64,000 bases of DNA from assembly GCA_963555995.3 (NCBI GenBank), contig OY821641.1:1952001-2016000 (forward strand), read 5' to 3'. The notes beneath the pieces were generated by a model, which did no database searches, was not told the origin of the DNA, and saw only the letters and a program-made list of their open reading frames with translations. Position 1 is the stretch's first letter, and each line of letters starts with the position of its first letter. This document shows, one piece after another, positions 9,822 through 19,269 of the stretch. Source of the DNA: Vicinamibacteria bacterium (lineage in GTDB: Bacteria; Acidobacteriota; Vicinamibacteria; Marinacidobacterales; Marinacidobacteraceae). The translations under genes were made by a program, and so were the position numbers.

Positions 9822-12385
9822 AGACCCCCGCCGTCGCAATCCTCGCCGCGGCAGCGCTGACCGCCCTGTCCCCTCGCCCGGCTTCCGCCCAGGAACACGA
9901 ATACCCCGACCCCTTCCCGGGGGGCTACCCCTCCCTCTCGGGCGTCAGTAACGCCGGCCGGATGTACATGGAGAGCTACTTCCCGCCGCCCGTCACCGCC
10001 TCGCCCACCTACCCGGCGTGGTCGCCCGACGGCGCATCCATCGCCTTCGCCACCCAGGGCCGCATCTGGATCGTCCCCGCCGAGGGCGGCACGGCGCGCC
10101 AGGTCACGAGCGGCCCCGGCTACCACTCCCAGCCGAGTTGGTCGCCCGACGGCGGCCGGATCGTCTATGCGGCCGACGTGGACCGCAACTTCGACATCTT
10201 CGTCACCGAGCTCGCGACCGGCGCGTCGCGCCGCCTCACCACCCACCCCTTCCTCGACCTGCGGCCGCGCTGGTCGCCGGACGGGGCCCGCATCCTCTTC
10301 ACCACGGAGCGCGACGGCACCTTCGATCTCTGGGTCCACGACCTGGGCACCGGCACGGCCGAAGCGGTCATCGCCAATCCCGACGCCAACGACATGGCCG
10401 GGGACTGGATCGGCGACACCGGCGACATCGTGTTCGTCTCCCGGCGGGGCGAGGCCGCGCTCGGCTCGGGTTCCCTCTGGCGGTACCGCGCCGCGACCGG
10501 AGAAGTGGAACTCCTGATCCGCATCGAGACCAACTACCAGGCGGCGCCGGTCGTCGCGCCGCACGGGGGCATCGTCGCCTACGTCACCGACGCCTCGGGC
10601 AACAACGACCTCTACGCGGTCCCCAGCGAGAAGTCGCCCCGCGGCATCCAGCCGGTGCGCCTCACCCACACCCGCACCGACGAGTACTTCCCCTCGTGGT
10701 CACCCGACGGCGAACGCCTCGTGTACGCCCGGAACGGCGGCGCGACGGACCAGCCGCGCACCAGCGACAGCGGGATGGGGTTCGGGCTCTACACGGTGAC
10801 GCGCGGGGGCGGCAAGCCCCGACCCGTGCGCATTGACGACTACGCCTGGTCCGAGCCCACCGGCCGGCTCCGCGTTCGGGTCGTGGATGCGGACGGCGAA
10901 CTCCTGCCGTCGCGCATCTACCTGACCGGTTCCGACGGACGCGCCGCCTTCCCGCACGGCAGCTACCCCCGCGTGGTCAGCGTGACCGAGGACTACTACT
11001 TCCACACGGACGGCAGCTTCACCGCGACCCTCCCCATCGGCGAGGCCAACGTCGAGGCCTGGCGGGGTTTCGAATACGAGCCCGTCGCGCGCACCATCGC
11101 CATCCGCACCGGCGAGCACGCCACCGTCGAACTCCAGCTCGACCGCTGGACCGACATGGCCGCGAACGGCTGGTACTCCGGCGACAACCACATCCACCCG
11201 AACTACGGCGGCCACTACTTCATCACCCCCGAGGACCTCCGGAACAAGGCGCACGCGGAGGACCTCAACGTCGCGAACGGCATGATCGCCAACTACTGGG
11301 GCAACAGCCGGGTCGAGGACCTCGAGCACTTTCTCGGACACCCGCACCCGCACACCGGCCCGCGCACCATCGTCTATTACAACGAGGAGTACCGGCCCAG
11401 CTTCTTCGCGCACCTCTCGCTGCTCAACCTGATCGAGCTGATCACGCCGTTCTACATCGGTTCGGTGGGGACCGCGCACCACGCTCTCTACCCCGACAAC
11501 GCGTCCGTGCTGCGCCGGGTGCACGAGCAGGGCGGCATCGGCGGCTACGTCCACCCGTTCGGGCTCCGGCACCGGGACCCCGACGCGGCCGGGGCGGGAT
11601 CGGCCAGGGAGCTGCCTGTGGACGCGGTCCTCGGCCTGGCCGACTTCGTGGACGTGGCGTGCATCTGGAGCGACGAACTCGGGACGGCGGAGGTCTGGTA
11701 CCGCCTTCTGAACACGGGTTCGCGCATCCCGGCGACCGCCGGAACGGACGCCATGACCGACATCTGGCGGCATCCCGCCGTCGGGACGACGCGCGTGTAC
11801 GTCCACACCGGCGAGGACCACGTCCACTACGACGCCTGGGCCGACGCGATGGCGGCGGGCCGCGCCTTCGTGACCAGCGGGCCGATCCTGACGCTGGACG
11901 TTTCCGGGAAGGGCATGGGGGAGGAACTGGCGGTGTCCCGCGGCGACGTGGTCACGGTGCGCGCGACGGCGCGGTCGCTCTTCACGATGCACGGCCTCGA
12001 GATCGTGCAGAACGGGGAGATCGTGCACCGGGTCGAGGCCACCGGCGACCTGAAGTCGCTCGACGCCGAACTGGAGATCCCGGTCGAGGGGAGCGGGTGG
12101 ATCGCGGCGCGGGTGCTCGGGCCGCCCCAGCACGGCGCAATGGACAGCTACCTGTTCGCGCACACGAACCCCGTCTTCGTGATCGCCGACGGCGAGCCGA
12201 TCCGCTCGCGGGACGACGCGGCGTTCTTCGTCCGCTGGATTGACCAGGTGCTGGACGAACTCCGGGCGATGGACCGCTGGGACGACCCCGCGCACAAGGC
12301 CGAGGTGCTGGCGACCTTCGAAGAGGGCCGGCGGCTCTACCAGGCGCAGGTGGATGCGTTGCGCGGCAGCGGGAGCAACAGGTAG
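9818..12385 (+). CDS. TolB-like PD40-repeat + CehA/McbA-family (PHP-like) metallohydrolase
   Basis: Repeated PxWSPDG motifs; GWYSGDNHIH, EEYR, YVHP, AGTDA, FVTSGP, AHTNP; ATGA overlap with the amidase gene. Confidence 0.85.
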   Translation: MKTPAVAILAAAALTALSPRPASAQEHEYPDPFPGGYPSLSGVSNAGRMYMESYFPPPVTASPTYPAWSPDGASIAFATQGRIWIVPAEGGTARQVTSGPGYHSQPSWSPDGGRIVYAADVDRNFDIFVTELATGASRRLTTHPFLDLRPRWSPDGARILFTTERDGTFDLWVHDLGTGTAEAVIANPDANDMAGDWIGDTGDIVFVSRRGEAALGSGSLWRYRAATGEVELLIRIETNYQAAPVVAPHGGIVAYVTDASGNNDLYAVPSEKSPRGIQPVRLTHTRTDEYFPSWSPDGERLVYARNGGATDQPRTSDSGMGFGLYTVTRGGGKPRPVRIDDYAWSEPTGRLRVRVVDADGELLPSRIYLTGSDGRAAFPHGSYPRVVSVTEDYYFHTDGSFTATLPIGEANVEAWRGFEYEPVARTIAIRTGEHATVELQLDRWTDMAANGWYSGDNHIHPNYGGHYFITPEDLRNKAHAEDLNVANGMIANYWGNSRVEDLEHFLGHPHPHTGPRTIVYYNEEYRPSFFAHLSLLNLIELITPFYIGSVGTAHHALYPDNASVLRRVHEQGGIGGYVHPFGLRHRDPDAAGAGSARELPVDAVLGLADFVDVACIWSDELGTAEVWYRLLNTGSRIPATAGTDAMTDIWRHPAVGTTRVYVHTGEDHVHYDAWADAMAAGRAFVTSGPILTLDVSGKGMGEELAVSRGDVVTVRATARSLFTMHGLEIVQNGEIVHRVEATGDLKSLDAELEIPVEGSGWIAARVLGPPQHGAMDSYLFAHTNPVFVIADGEPIRSRDDAAFFVRWIDQVLDELRAMDRWDDPAHKAEVLATFEEGRRLYQAQVDALRGSGSNR

Positions 12386-12473
12386 AACCTCCCGAACCCG
12401 GAGACCTGTCCGGCTATCGGAACGACGATCACCGGAGAGGATTCCGCGCCGGTACCGCGGTCACCGTTGTAAA

Positions 12474-12492
12474 CGGTAGCTACCGTAGCTAC
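12474..12492. promoter_or_regulatory. Palindromic operator candidate for vapBC autoregulation
   Basis: CGGTAGCTACCG followed by an overlapping GTAGCTAC just upstream of the antitoxin start. Confidence 0.5.
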
Positions 12493-12501
12493 CATGACGC
12501 C

Positions 12502-12795
12502 ATGAGAGCCGTCGGGATCAAGGAGTTGAACAACCGCTTGAGCGAGTACGTCCGTCTCGCCGCTTCCGGCGAGACGGTCCTGGTAACGAATCGGGACCGC
12601 ATCGTCGCCGAGATGGGGCCTCCGCGGGAAACCGGAAACCCGCTCGAAGACAATCCGCGCCTCGCCGAAATGGTGCGAAAGGGCGAACTCACTCCAGCCC
12701 CGTCCCCGCTGAAGGGGCCACCTCCACGAGGCAAGCCGGTAATGCCCCTGGCGCAACTCCTCCGGGAACTGGACGAGGATCGAGCGGATCGGTGA
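12502..12795 (+). CDS. Phd/YefM-family antitoxin
   Basis: MRAVGIKELNNRLSEYVRLAASGETVLVTNRDRIVA is a Phd-like N-terminus; overlaps the PIN toxin gene. Confidence 0.88.
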   Translation: MRAVGIKELNNRLSEYVRLAASGETVLVTNRDRIVAEMGPPRETGNPLEDNPRLAEMVRKGELTPAPSPLKGPPPRGKPVMPLAQLLRELDEDRADR

Positions 12796-13184
12796 CCTAT
12801 GTCGACAGTTCCGCCGTCCTGGCCCACATCCTGACGGAGGACCGACAGCCTCCACCGGCGCTGTGGAAGGAGAAACTGGTCTCCAGCCGGTTGCTCGAAT
12901 ACGAAGTGTGGGTCCGCCTTCATGCCCTTGGAATCGCCGAGACTCATGGCGACCTGGCGGGCCGCATCGTCGGCGGGACGAATCTCCTGGAACTGTCGTC
13001 TCCGGTGCTCGGACGCGCCTTGAGACCCTTTCCCTCGCCCCTCCGCACGCTCGACGCCCTGCACGTCGCCTCCATGGTGCATCTTCGGGACAACGGTGAG
13101 CGAGTTGCACTCGCCAGCTACGACCGCCGGATGACGTCCGTCGCTGAGACGCTGGGTTTCCCGCTCTACGACCTGGGCGCCTGA
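12792..13184 (+). CDS. vapC: VapC PIN-domain toxin
   Basis: YVDSSA, LRTLDALHVAS, SYDRRM PIN motifs. Confidence 0.9.
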   Translation: MTYVDSSAVLAHILTEDRQPPPALWKEKLVSSRLLEYEVWVRLHALGIAETHGDLAGRIVGGTNLLELSSPVLGRALRPFPSPLRTLDALHVASMVHLRDNGERVALASYDRRMTSVAETLGFPLYDLGA

Positions 13185-13211
13185 CTCCGGGACGCGACCG
13201 GCGGCACCCGA

Positions 13212-14402
13212 TCAGCGAAGCGCCGCGAGCACCTTCCCGATGAACGGGGACACCGCACCGCCCTGGATCCAGCGGACCACGACCACGAGGTCGTTCTCCC
13301 AGTCCACGTACACGATGTTGCTGCCGGCGCCGCGGAAGGTGACCGCGGTGTCCGGGGCGTCCGGAATGGACTTGACCATCTCGCCGTCGCGTTCGACCGG
13401 GCCGTTCAGGAACCAGTTCATGTAGCCGTAGCTCGGGTTCACCTCGCCCGGGGTGCGGGCCATCCCGATCCACTCCTCGGAGATGAGCTGCTTCCCCTTC
13501 CAGTTCCCCATCCGCAGGAACAGGTAGCCGAAGCGGGCGAGGTCGCGTCCGCTGATGTGCATGCCGCCGCCCCAGTGGCCGCCGCCGCTCACCGACTGGA
13601 CGTTCCGCCCGTCAATCATCACCCAGGAGTTCTCGTAGCCGTGCCAGCGCCAGCGGTTCGAGGCGCCGATGGGGTCCATGATCCCCTTGCGGAGAATCAG
13701 GGGGAGCGGATCCCGCACCACGTGCAGCGCGGCGAGCGCGAGCAGGTTCACCCGCACGTCGTTGTACTTGTAGTGGGTCCCCGGCTTGTGCATGGGACGG
13801 TCCGGGTACTCGAAGGGGTGGTCGCCCACCGGGCGGTCGGCCCAGTCGGGCTTCCCGAAGAGCGTCCCCTGCCAGTCGCTCGTCTGGCGCAGCAGGTGGT
13901 CCCAGGTGATGGAACGGTTGTGTTCCGAGCCGAAGAGTTCGTCATCGGGCATGTAGGGACCGACCCGGTCGTCCACCGACGCGATCAGCCCCTGGTCGTA
14001 GAGGAGCCCGACGGCCGTCGAGAGGAAGGTCTTCGAGACGCTGAAGGTCATGTCCACCTTCTTGCTCGGTCCCCACTCCCGGACGATGAAGCCGTCCTTG
14101 ACGACGATGCCGCTCAGGGCGCCGCGCACGGTGGTCGGCCCGATCCGGAACCCGAAGGGCTCCTGGGCGAAGGTCAGTTCGTGGTTGAGCGCCAGGTCGT
14201 TGGGCGCACCCGACTCGGACCCGACCGCAAACTCCACCGCTTCTTCGAGGAGAGCCGGATCGAATCCGGCCTCTTCGGGCGTCTTCGTCTGCCAGTCGTG
14301 CCGCTCCGGAAAGTAGGGGGTCTGCGCCCCGGCGAGCGTCGCCGCGAACAGGCACAGGACTGCGAGCGCCGTCATGCGGGCAAACCGGTTTCCTTGTCTC
14401 AT
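13212..14402 (-). CDS. Exported serine hydrolase, beta-lactamase/AmpC-like family
   Basis: SxxK (SVSK), YND, HLLRQTS, DLARFG; signal peptide. Confidence 0.88.
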   Translation of the reverse strand: MRQGNRFARMTALAVLCLFAATLAGAQTPYFPERHDWQTKTPEEAGFDPALLEEAVEFAVGSESGAPNDLALNHELTFAQEPFGFRIGPTTVRGALSGIVVKDGFIVREWGPSKKVDMTFSVSKTFLSTAVGLLYDQGLIASVDDRVGPYMPDDELFGSEHNRSITWDHLLRQTSDWQGTLFGKPDWADRPVGDHPFEYPDRPMHKPGTHYKYNDVRVNLLALAALHVVRDPLPLILRKGIMDPIGASNRWRWHGYENSWVMIDGRNVQSVSGGGHWGGGMHISGRDLARFGYLFLRMGNWKGKQLISEEWIGMARTPGEVNPSYGYMNWFLNGPVERDGEMVKSIPDAPDTAVTFRGAGSNIVYVDWENDLVVVVRWIQGGAVSPFIGKVLAALR

Positions 14403-14424
14403 CGCTGGTTCTCCTGAAAGGCCC

Positions 14425-14865
14425 TCAGGCCTCGATCTTCGACCTCATCTCGGCGAACATCTCGCGCAGCACCTTCTCGGTCACCGGCTTCAGCAGCCGG
14501 GAGGCGAGCGCCGCGAGCGTCCCCCGCACCTGCACCGCGCCCTTCCAGTCGAGCGCGGTGCCGGATTCCTCGTCGCGCAGCCGGAGTTCGGCGACGGCGT
14601 CAATGGTGGTCCCCGGCCCCCGGCCCCGGATCTTCAGCCGGGCCTCCTCGAGTTCCACGAGGTCGGTGAACTCGATGATGTTCTTGGCGTTGAGCCCGAC
14701 GGTGCCGAGCTTGACGCCGCCCACCACCTCGAAGCGTTTGCCGGGCTCGAGGATGCGGACCGACTTCACCCCGGGGGTGCAGGAGGCCACCGACTCGGCG
14801 TCGGTGACGAAGGCCCAGACCTTCTCCCGGGGCGCGCTGATGAGTTCGGTGCCTTCGATGTCCAT
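14425..14865 (-). CDS. coxG: Carbon monoxide dehydrogenase subunit G (SRPBCC fold)
   Basis: APREKVWAFVTD..ASCTPG and VRGTLAALASRLL; near the cox cluster on the same strand. Confidence 0.82.
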   Translation of the reverse strand: MDIEGTELISAPREKVWAFVTDAESVASCTPGVKSVRILEPGKRFEVVGGVKLGTVGLNAKNIIEFTDLVELEEARLKIRGRGPGTTIDAVAELRLRDEESGTALDWKGAVQVRGTLAALASRLLKPVTEKVLREMFAEMRSKIEA

Positions 14866-14917
14866 CGCCGGATTCTACGGGAGCCTCGCCGCTTCCGCGC
14901 CGGCCGCGCCGCCGCGA

Positions 14918-15349
14918 CTACGCGCGGACGAAATCCCGGGGATCGATGCGATCCACGCTGGGGACAGGGTCGAAATCGGTGTCTGCCGAAAGGATCGCGC
15001 GGATTCCCCGCTCCTCCATCGTGGCGATGTGAATGGCGTCCCGGGCCGGGAGATGCCGGTGCTCGAGGAGGAGCTCCAGGGCGCGGCTCGTGTGCTGCTC
15101 GTTCACCGGGATGATTTCGTCACACCACTCGAGAGCTGCCCGGTGAACAGACCGGGCCAACTGCGGACGCCGGCGCGAAAAGTAATGGTGCAGGATCTCC
15201 TGCAGGACTTCCGCGTTCGTCGCCAGCGCGGCGCCCGAATCCCTGGCGCCAAGCAGCGCTCGATTGCATGTGTCTCTCCAATCCGGGTCTGCGCCCGCCC
15301 GGTACATGAATACGTTCGCGTCGACGAAGAGTCGCGCGACGGACGACAT
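14918..15349 (-). CDS. vapC: VapC PIN-domain toxin
   Basis: FVDANVFMY, EVLQEI, RDAIHIAT, SADTDFD. Confidence 0.9.
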   Translation of the reverse strand: MSSVARLFVDANVFMYRAGADPDWRDTCNRALLGARDSGAALATNAEVLQEILHHYFSRRRPQLARSVHRAALEWCDEIIPVNEQHTSRALELLLEHRHLPARDAIHIATMEERGIRAILSADTDFDPVPSVDRIDPRDFVRA

Positions 15350-15395
15350 CAAGCGATCCTCCCGGATCGGCCGCACTCCCAGGCTCTTCGCGGCC

Positions 15396-15704
15396 TCAGC
15401 CGCTCGGTTTCTCGTCCGGAGAGGATTCCCGGCGCGGCCACTCCGCCTCGCGGAAGGCGGTCTTCAACCGGCTGTACTCTTCGTTCCATTCCCGCCACGA
15501 AGACGGGACGGGAGCGGGCGGCAGCGCATCGAGCGCCTCCAGCGCCCTACGCTGGCGCTCGCGCCGATCAGGCTTCACGCAGTACTCCTGGATCGCCTCG
15601 CGGACGACGGCGGCGTGCTTCAGACCCTCCGCTTCGGCGCGACGCCGGATCGCGGCGTACTCGCCCTCGTTCAGCGTGACCTGGACCTTGTGACTGCGGG
15701 ACAT
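15396..15704 (-). CDS. CopG/ribbon-helix-helix antitoxin
   Basis: MSRSHKVQVTLNEGEYAAIRRRAEAEG..VVREAI RHH pattern, directly upstream of the PIN toxin. Confidence 0.75.
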   Translation of the reverse strand: MSRSHKVQVTLNEGEYAAIRRRAEAEGLKHAAVVREAIQEYCVKPDRRERQRRALEALDALPPAPVPSSWREWNEEYSRLKTAFREAEWPRRESSPDEKPSG

Positions 15705-15843
15705 GGGGGAAGTATCTTGTGTCAGTATCTGTATGTCAAAGACACTAACTCTTCCGGAATGTGTCGCGGGATTCGCGCCCAACCCGCGAAACGGATCCTT
15801 GGCCCCGTCCCCGGCGTAATCTTCCCGGCTGAGGTTCGCCATC

Positions 15844-18240
15844 ATGTTCCGCTTCGCCTCTCTGGCCGGCCCCGTCCGCGGCTCGGCCGTGGTTTCGATA
15901 CTGCTCGCCCTTCCCGCCGGGGTGGCGGCAACACCAGTGTCCGAATCCGGATTCGCCGCCTCGGCCGCCGAGATCGTCGGAGAGGTCACCGACCCGCAGG
16001 GCCTGCTCGTGCCCGGGGCCGACGTGATCCTCACCCTCGCGAGCGGCGAGATCCGGGAGACCACCAGTGACGCGGCAGGCTCCTTCCGGTTCGACACGCT
16101 GCCGGAGGGCGTCCACCAACTGACCGTCCTCGGCCGCGGGTTCGCCGACCGGACCGTGGAGATCACCGTGGGCGGCGCGGGCGAGGTCCGGATCAGCATC
16201 CCGCTCGACATGTCGTTCTCGGAGCGGGTGACCGTCACCGGGCAGCAGCAGGAGCGGAGCCTCCAGGACGAACCGACGAGCGTCGCGCTCGTGAGCGGCG
16301 CGCAGCTCGACGCGGGGACCGACACCGACCTCTACCGGCTGGTCGCCATGACCCCGAACGTCAACTCGTCCTCCGACGTCCGCGGCTTCTCGATCCGAGG
16401 CATCAGCCAGCAGGGCTTCGGGCCCGAGGGCGGCCTGCTGCTGAGCGTCAAGCTCGACGGCGCCACCGTGCAGGGCTACCAGGGCACCTTCTTCGGGCCG
16501 TTCAGCACCTGGGACATGGACCGGGTCGAGATATTCCGCGGCCCCCAGTCCACCCAGCAGGGGCGGAACGCGCTCGCCGGCGCCATCGTCATGAAGAGCG
16601 CCGATCCCGAATACCGGACCGGGTTCCGGGTGCGCGGCCGGTTCGGCAACTTCGGCGCCACCCAGGGCTCGGCGGTCCTGAACGTCCCCATCGTGGCCGG
16701 CAAGGCCGCCTTCCGGCTCGCCGTGGACAACCGCAAGAGCGACGGCTTCGTCGAGAACCCGACCCGCGGGGAGGACTCCTACGACTACCGCGACTACCTC
16801 GCGGTCCGGATGAAGCTGCGTTTCGATCCGAGCACCCGGTTCCGGGGACTGCTCACCTACCAGGCCACCGAGAGCCGGGGCGGCGACGGCGCGATCAACG
16901 TGGACCGTTTCCCCGAAGAGCGGGTGAACGTTTCGGACCACCCCGCCGAGGACGGTTCGGAGCACCACAACCTGACGCTGGCGCTCGCCTACGACCTGAA
17001 CCACCGGCTGTCCCTCGAGTCGACATCGAGCGTTTACCAGCACGACTACCGCCGGGAAGAGGATCTGGACCAGACGCCCCTGGCGGCCGGCGTCCTCGAC
17101 TACACCACCGACGACGAGTGGATGACGCAGGAGTTCCTGCTCCGCTATCAGGGTCCGGGCCGCCGGAGCGGCGTGCTGGGGCTCTACTTCGCCGACCTCA
17201 CCGACACCCTGCAGGCGGACGCCGCCGGGCCGGGCGAACTGGCCGGCCTGCCGCCCGGCTTCACCCTGACCTCGTTCTTCAACACCGAGGAAACGACCCG
17301 GAACGCGGCCCTCTTCGGCGAGTTCGACCTCGGGCTGGCCGACGTCTGGACCCTCACCCTCGGCGCCCGCTACGACGACGAGCGCCGCCGGACCACGAAC
17401 CGCCAGGGGGTGGTCTCCGACCCGCCCCTGCCCCAGTTGCCGCCGGCGGGCCCCCCGCAGGAACTGGACGCGTCCTACCGGGCCTTCCTGCCGAAGGCCA
17501 CCCTGACCCGCGACTGGAGCGATGCGCTGTCCACCTCGGTCGGCTGGCAGCGGGGCTACCGGGCCGGGGGGCAGTCCATCGCCGTCCTGAGCCAGCGGGT
17601 CAGCGACTTCGAGCCGGAGTTCACCAGCAACGTCGAGTTCGCGCTGCGGGCGGCGGCGCCCGACCGGCGCTGGTTCTTCAACGGCAACGCGTTCTACACC
17701 GACTGGACCAACCAGCAGGTCCGGGTCATGACCGACCTCGGCCTGCCGGTGGACAGCGTCACGGTGAACGCCGGGGAATCCACCGTGCGCGGCCTCGAAG
17801 CGCAGGCCGGTTACTGGTTCGATCCGCGCGTTCAGCTCTACGGTTCGCTCGGCCTGCTCGACACCCGCTTCGACGACTTCCGCGACGGCGAGCGCGACTT
17901 CACGGGGAACGAGTTCCCGTACGCCCCGGCGTGGTCCTGGCTGGCCGGCGTCTCGGTTCGGCTGGACGACAACTGGTCGGGGAACGCCGAGGTCGCCGCG
18001 CAGGCGGACGCGTTCTCGAACAGCGGGAACGACGCCCGGTTCCGGGTGGGAGAGCGCACCCTGGTGAATGCCCGCTTCGGCTACCAGCGGGGCAACTTCG
18101 GGGTGTTCGCGTTCGGGCGGAATCTCCTCGACGAGGCGTATCTCCTCCAGGCGTGGCAACCGACCGCCCCGGTCTTCGGTGCGCTGGGGCGCGCCGGCGA
18201 ACCGAGGACCATCGGCATCGAACTGGACCTGAGTTTCTGA
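15844..18240 (+). CDS. TonB-dependent receptor with N-terminal carboxypeptidase-regulatory-like domain
   Basis: GEVTDPQGLLVPGA, ERVTVTG TonB box, RVEIFRGPQSTQQGRNALAG plug; C-terminal aromatic residue (LSF). Confidence 0.93.
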   Translation: MFRFASLAGPVRGSAVVSILLALPAGVAATPVSESGFAASAAEIVGEVTDPQGLLVPGADVILTLASGEIRETTSDAAGSFRFDTLPEGVHQLTVLGRGFADRTVEITVGGAGEVRISIPLDMSFSERVTVTGQQQERSLQDEPTSVALVSGAQLDAGTDTDLYRLVAMTPNVNSSSDVRGFSIRGISQQGFGPEGGLLLSVKLDGATVQGYQGTFFGPFSTWDMDRVEIFRGPQSTQQGRNALAGAIVMKSADPEYRTGFRVRGRFGNFGATQGSAVLNVPIVAGKAAFRLAVDNRKSDGFVENPTRGEDSYDYRDYLAVRMKLRFDPSTRFRGLLTYQATESRGGDGAINVDRFPEERVNVSDHPAEDGSEHHNLTLALAYDLNHRLSLESTSSVYQHDYRREEDLDQTPLAAGVLDYTTDDEWMTQEFLLRYQGPGRRSGVLGLYFADLTDTLQADAAGPGELAGLPPGFTLTSFFNTEETTRNAALFGEFDLGLADVWTLTLGARYDDERRRTTNRQGVVSDPPLPQLPPAGPPQELDASYRAFLPKATLTRDWSDALSTSVGWQRGYRAGGQSIAVLSQRVSDFEPEFTSNVEFALRAAAPDRRWFFNGNAFYTDWTNQQVRVMTDLGLPVDSVTVNAGESTVRGLEAQAGYWFDPRVQLYGSLGLLDTRFDDFRDGERDFTGNEFPYAPAWSWLAGVSVRLDDNWSGNAEVAAQADAFSNSGNDARFRVGERTLVNARFGYQRGNFGVFAFGRNLLDEAYLLQAWQPTAPVFGALGRAGEPRTIGIELDLSF

Positions 18241-18298
18241 CGGCGCGGCGTTCCCGCACGTCCGGACGACGCAACACCGCCGGCGGGTGGGGGCGGCC

Positions 18299-19246
18299 CT
18301 ATCCGGAGCGCGCGGCGAAGGTCTCCGCGCAGCCGGCGCAGCAGAACCACCAGGTCTCGCCGTCCGACTCGACCCGGTGCGGGGAGTCGCGGGACACGGT
18401 CATGCCGCAGATCGGGTCCACCGCGGTGTCTCCGGCGGGAGGCTCCAGCGCGATGCCGACGGCGGGAGCCGGGGCGGACTCCCCCGGCGCGGCCGGTTCG
18501 GCTTCCGCAGCCCGGCGCTCCTCCACGATCTGGGCGAGGATGCTGAGCGCGATCTCCCCGGGCGTCTCCGCGCCGATGTCGAGGCCCGCCGGGGACCGCA
18601 GGCGGGCAATCTCGGCGCCGGCGAGACCCATGCCGGTCAGCCGCTCGCGCACCGCCGCCGCCCGCCGGGGGCTCGCGACGAGACCGACGTAGCGGGCGCG
18701 GCCACCGGCGAGTCCGGCCTGGAGCGCCTCCCACTCCCCTTCGCCGTGGCCGGCGACCACCACGAACGCGCCGTCTGCAATCCGGGTCACGTCATCTTCG
18801 TCGTCGGCGGTCCGGACGTCCATCCCCAGGGCCTCGCCGAGCGCCCCCAGCGCTTCCACGATGGGTGAACTCCCCGCCAGCAGCAGCCGGCGCGACGGCA
18901 GGTAGGGCTCCAGGTGGATGTCGAGAGCGCCGCCACTTACGCAGGCCATGTGTTCCTCCAGGACTCCTTCCTCCGCACGGGCGCCCTCGGGAGGGCGGTC
19001 CGGGGAGATGCGGAGCAGCCGGGGCGCTCCGTCCGCGAGCGCCCGCAGCGACTCGCGCCGGACCGCCGGTTTGACGCAGGTCCCGCCGACGAAACCCCGA
19101 AACTGCCCGTCGCCGGTGACGATCGCCTTGGCGCCCGGCCGCGCCGAGGTCGGGCGTTCCGCGCGCACGACCGTCGCGAGGACAAAGGGCACCCCGTCCC
19201 GGTAGAGGCGCGCGGCGGCGGCGAAGACGTCGGTCGGTCCCATCAC
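18299..19246 (-). CDS. XdhC/CoxI-family Moco maturation protein with C-terminal YHS/TRASH domain
   Basis: ATVVR..PGAK, GFVGGTC, CVSGG, PAGLDIGAETPGEIALSILAQI; tail DPICGM..FCCAGC. Confidence 0.9.
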   Translation of the reverse strand: MMGPTDVFAAAARLYRDGVPFVLATVVRAERPTSARPGAKAIVTGDGQFRGFVGGTCVKPAVRRESLRALADGAPRLLRISPDRPPEGARAEEGVLEEHMACVSGGALDIHLEPYLPSRRLLLAGSSPIVEALGALGEALGMDVRTADDEDDVTRIADGAFVVVAGHGEGEWEALQAGLAGGRARYVGLVASPRRAAAVRERLTGMGLAGAEIARLRSPAGLDIGAETPGEIALSILAQIVEERRAAEAEPAAPGESAPAPAVGIALEPPAGDTAVDPICGMTVSRDSPHRVESDGETWWFCCAGCAETFAARSG

Positions 19247-19269
19247 CGCGGCATGCGAAGTCCCAGGAG

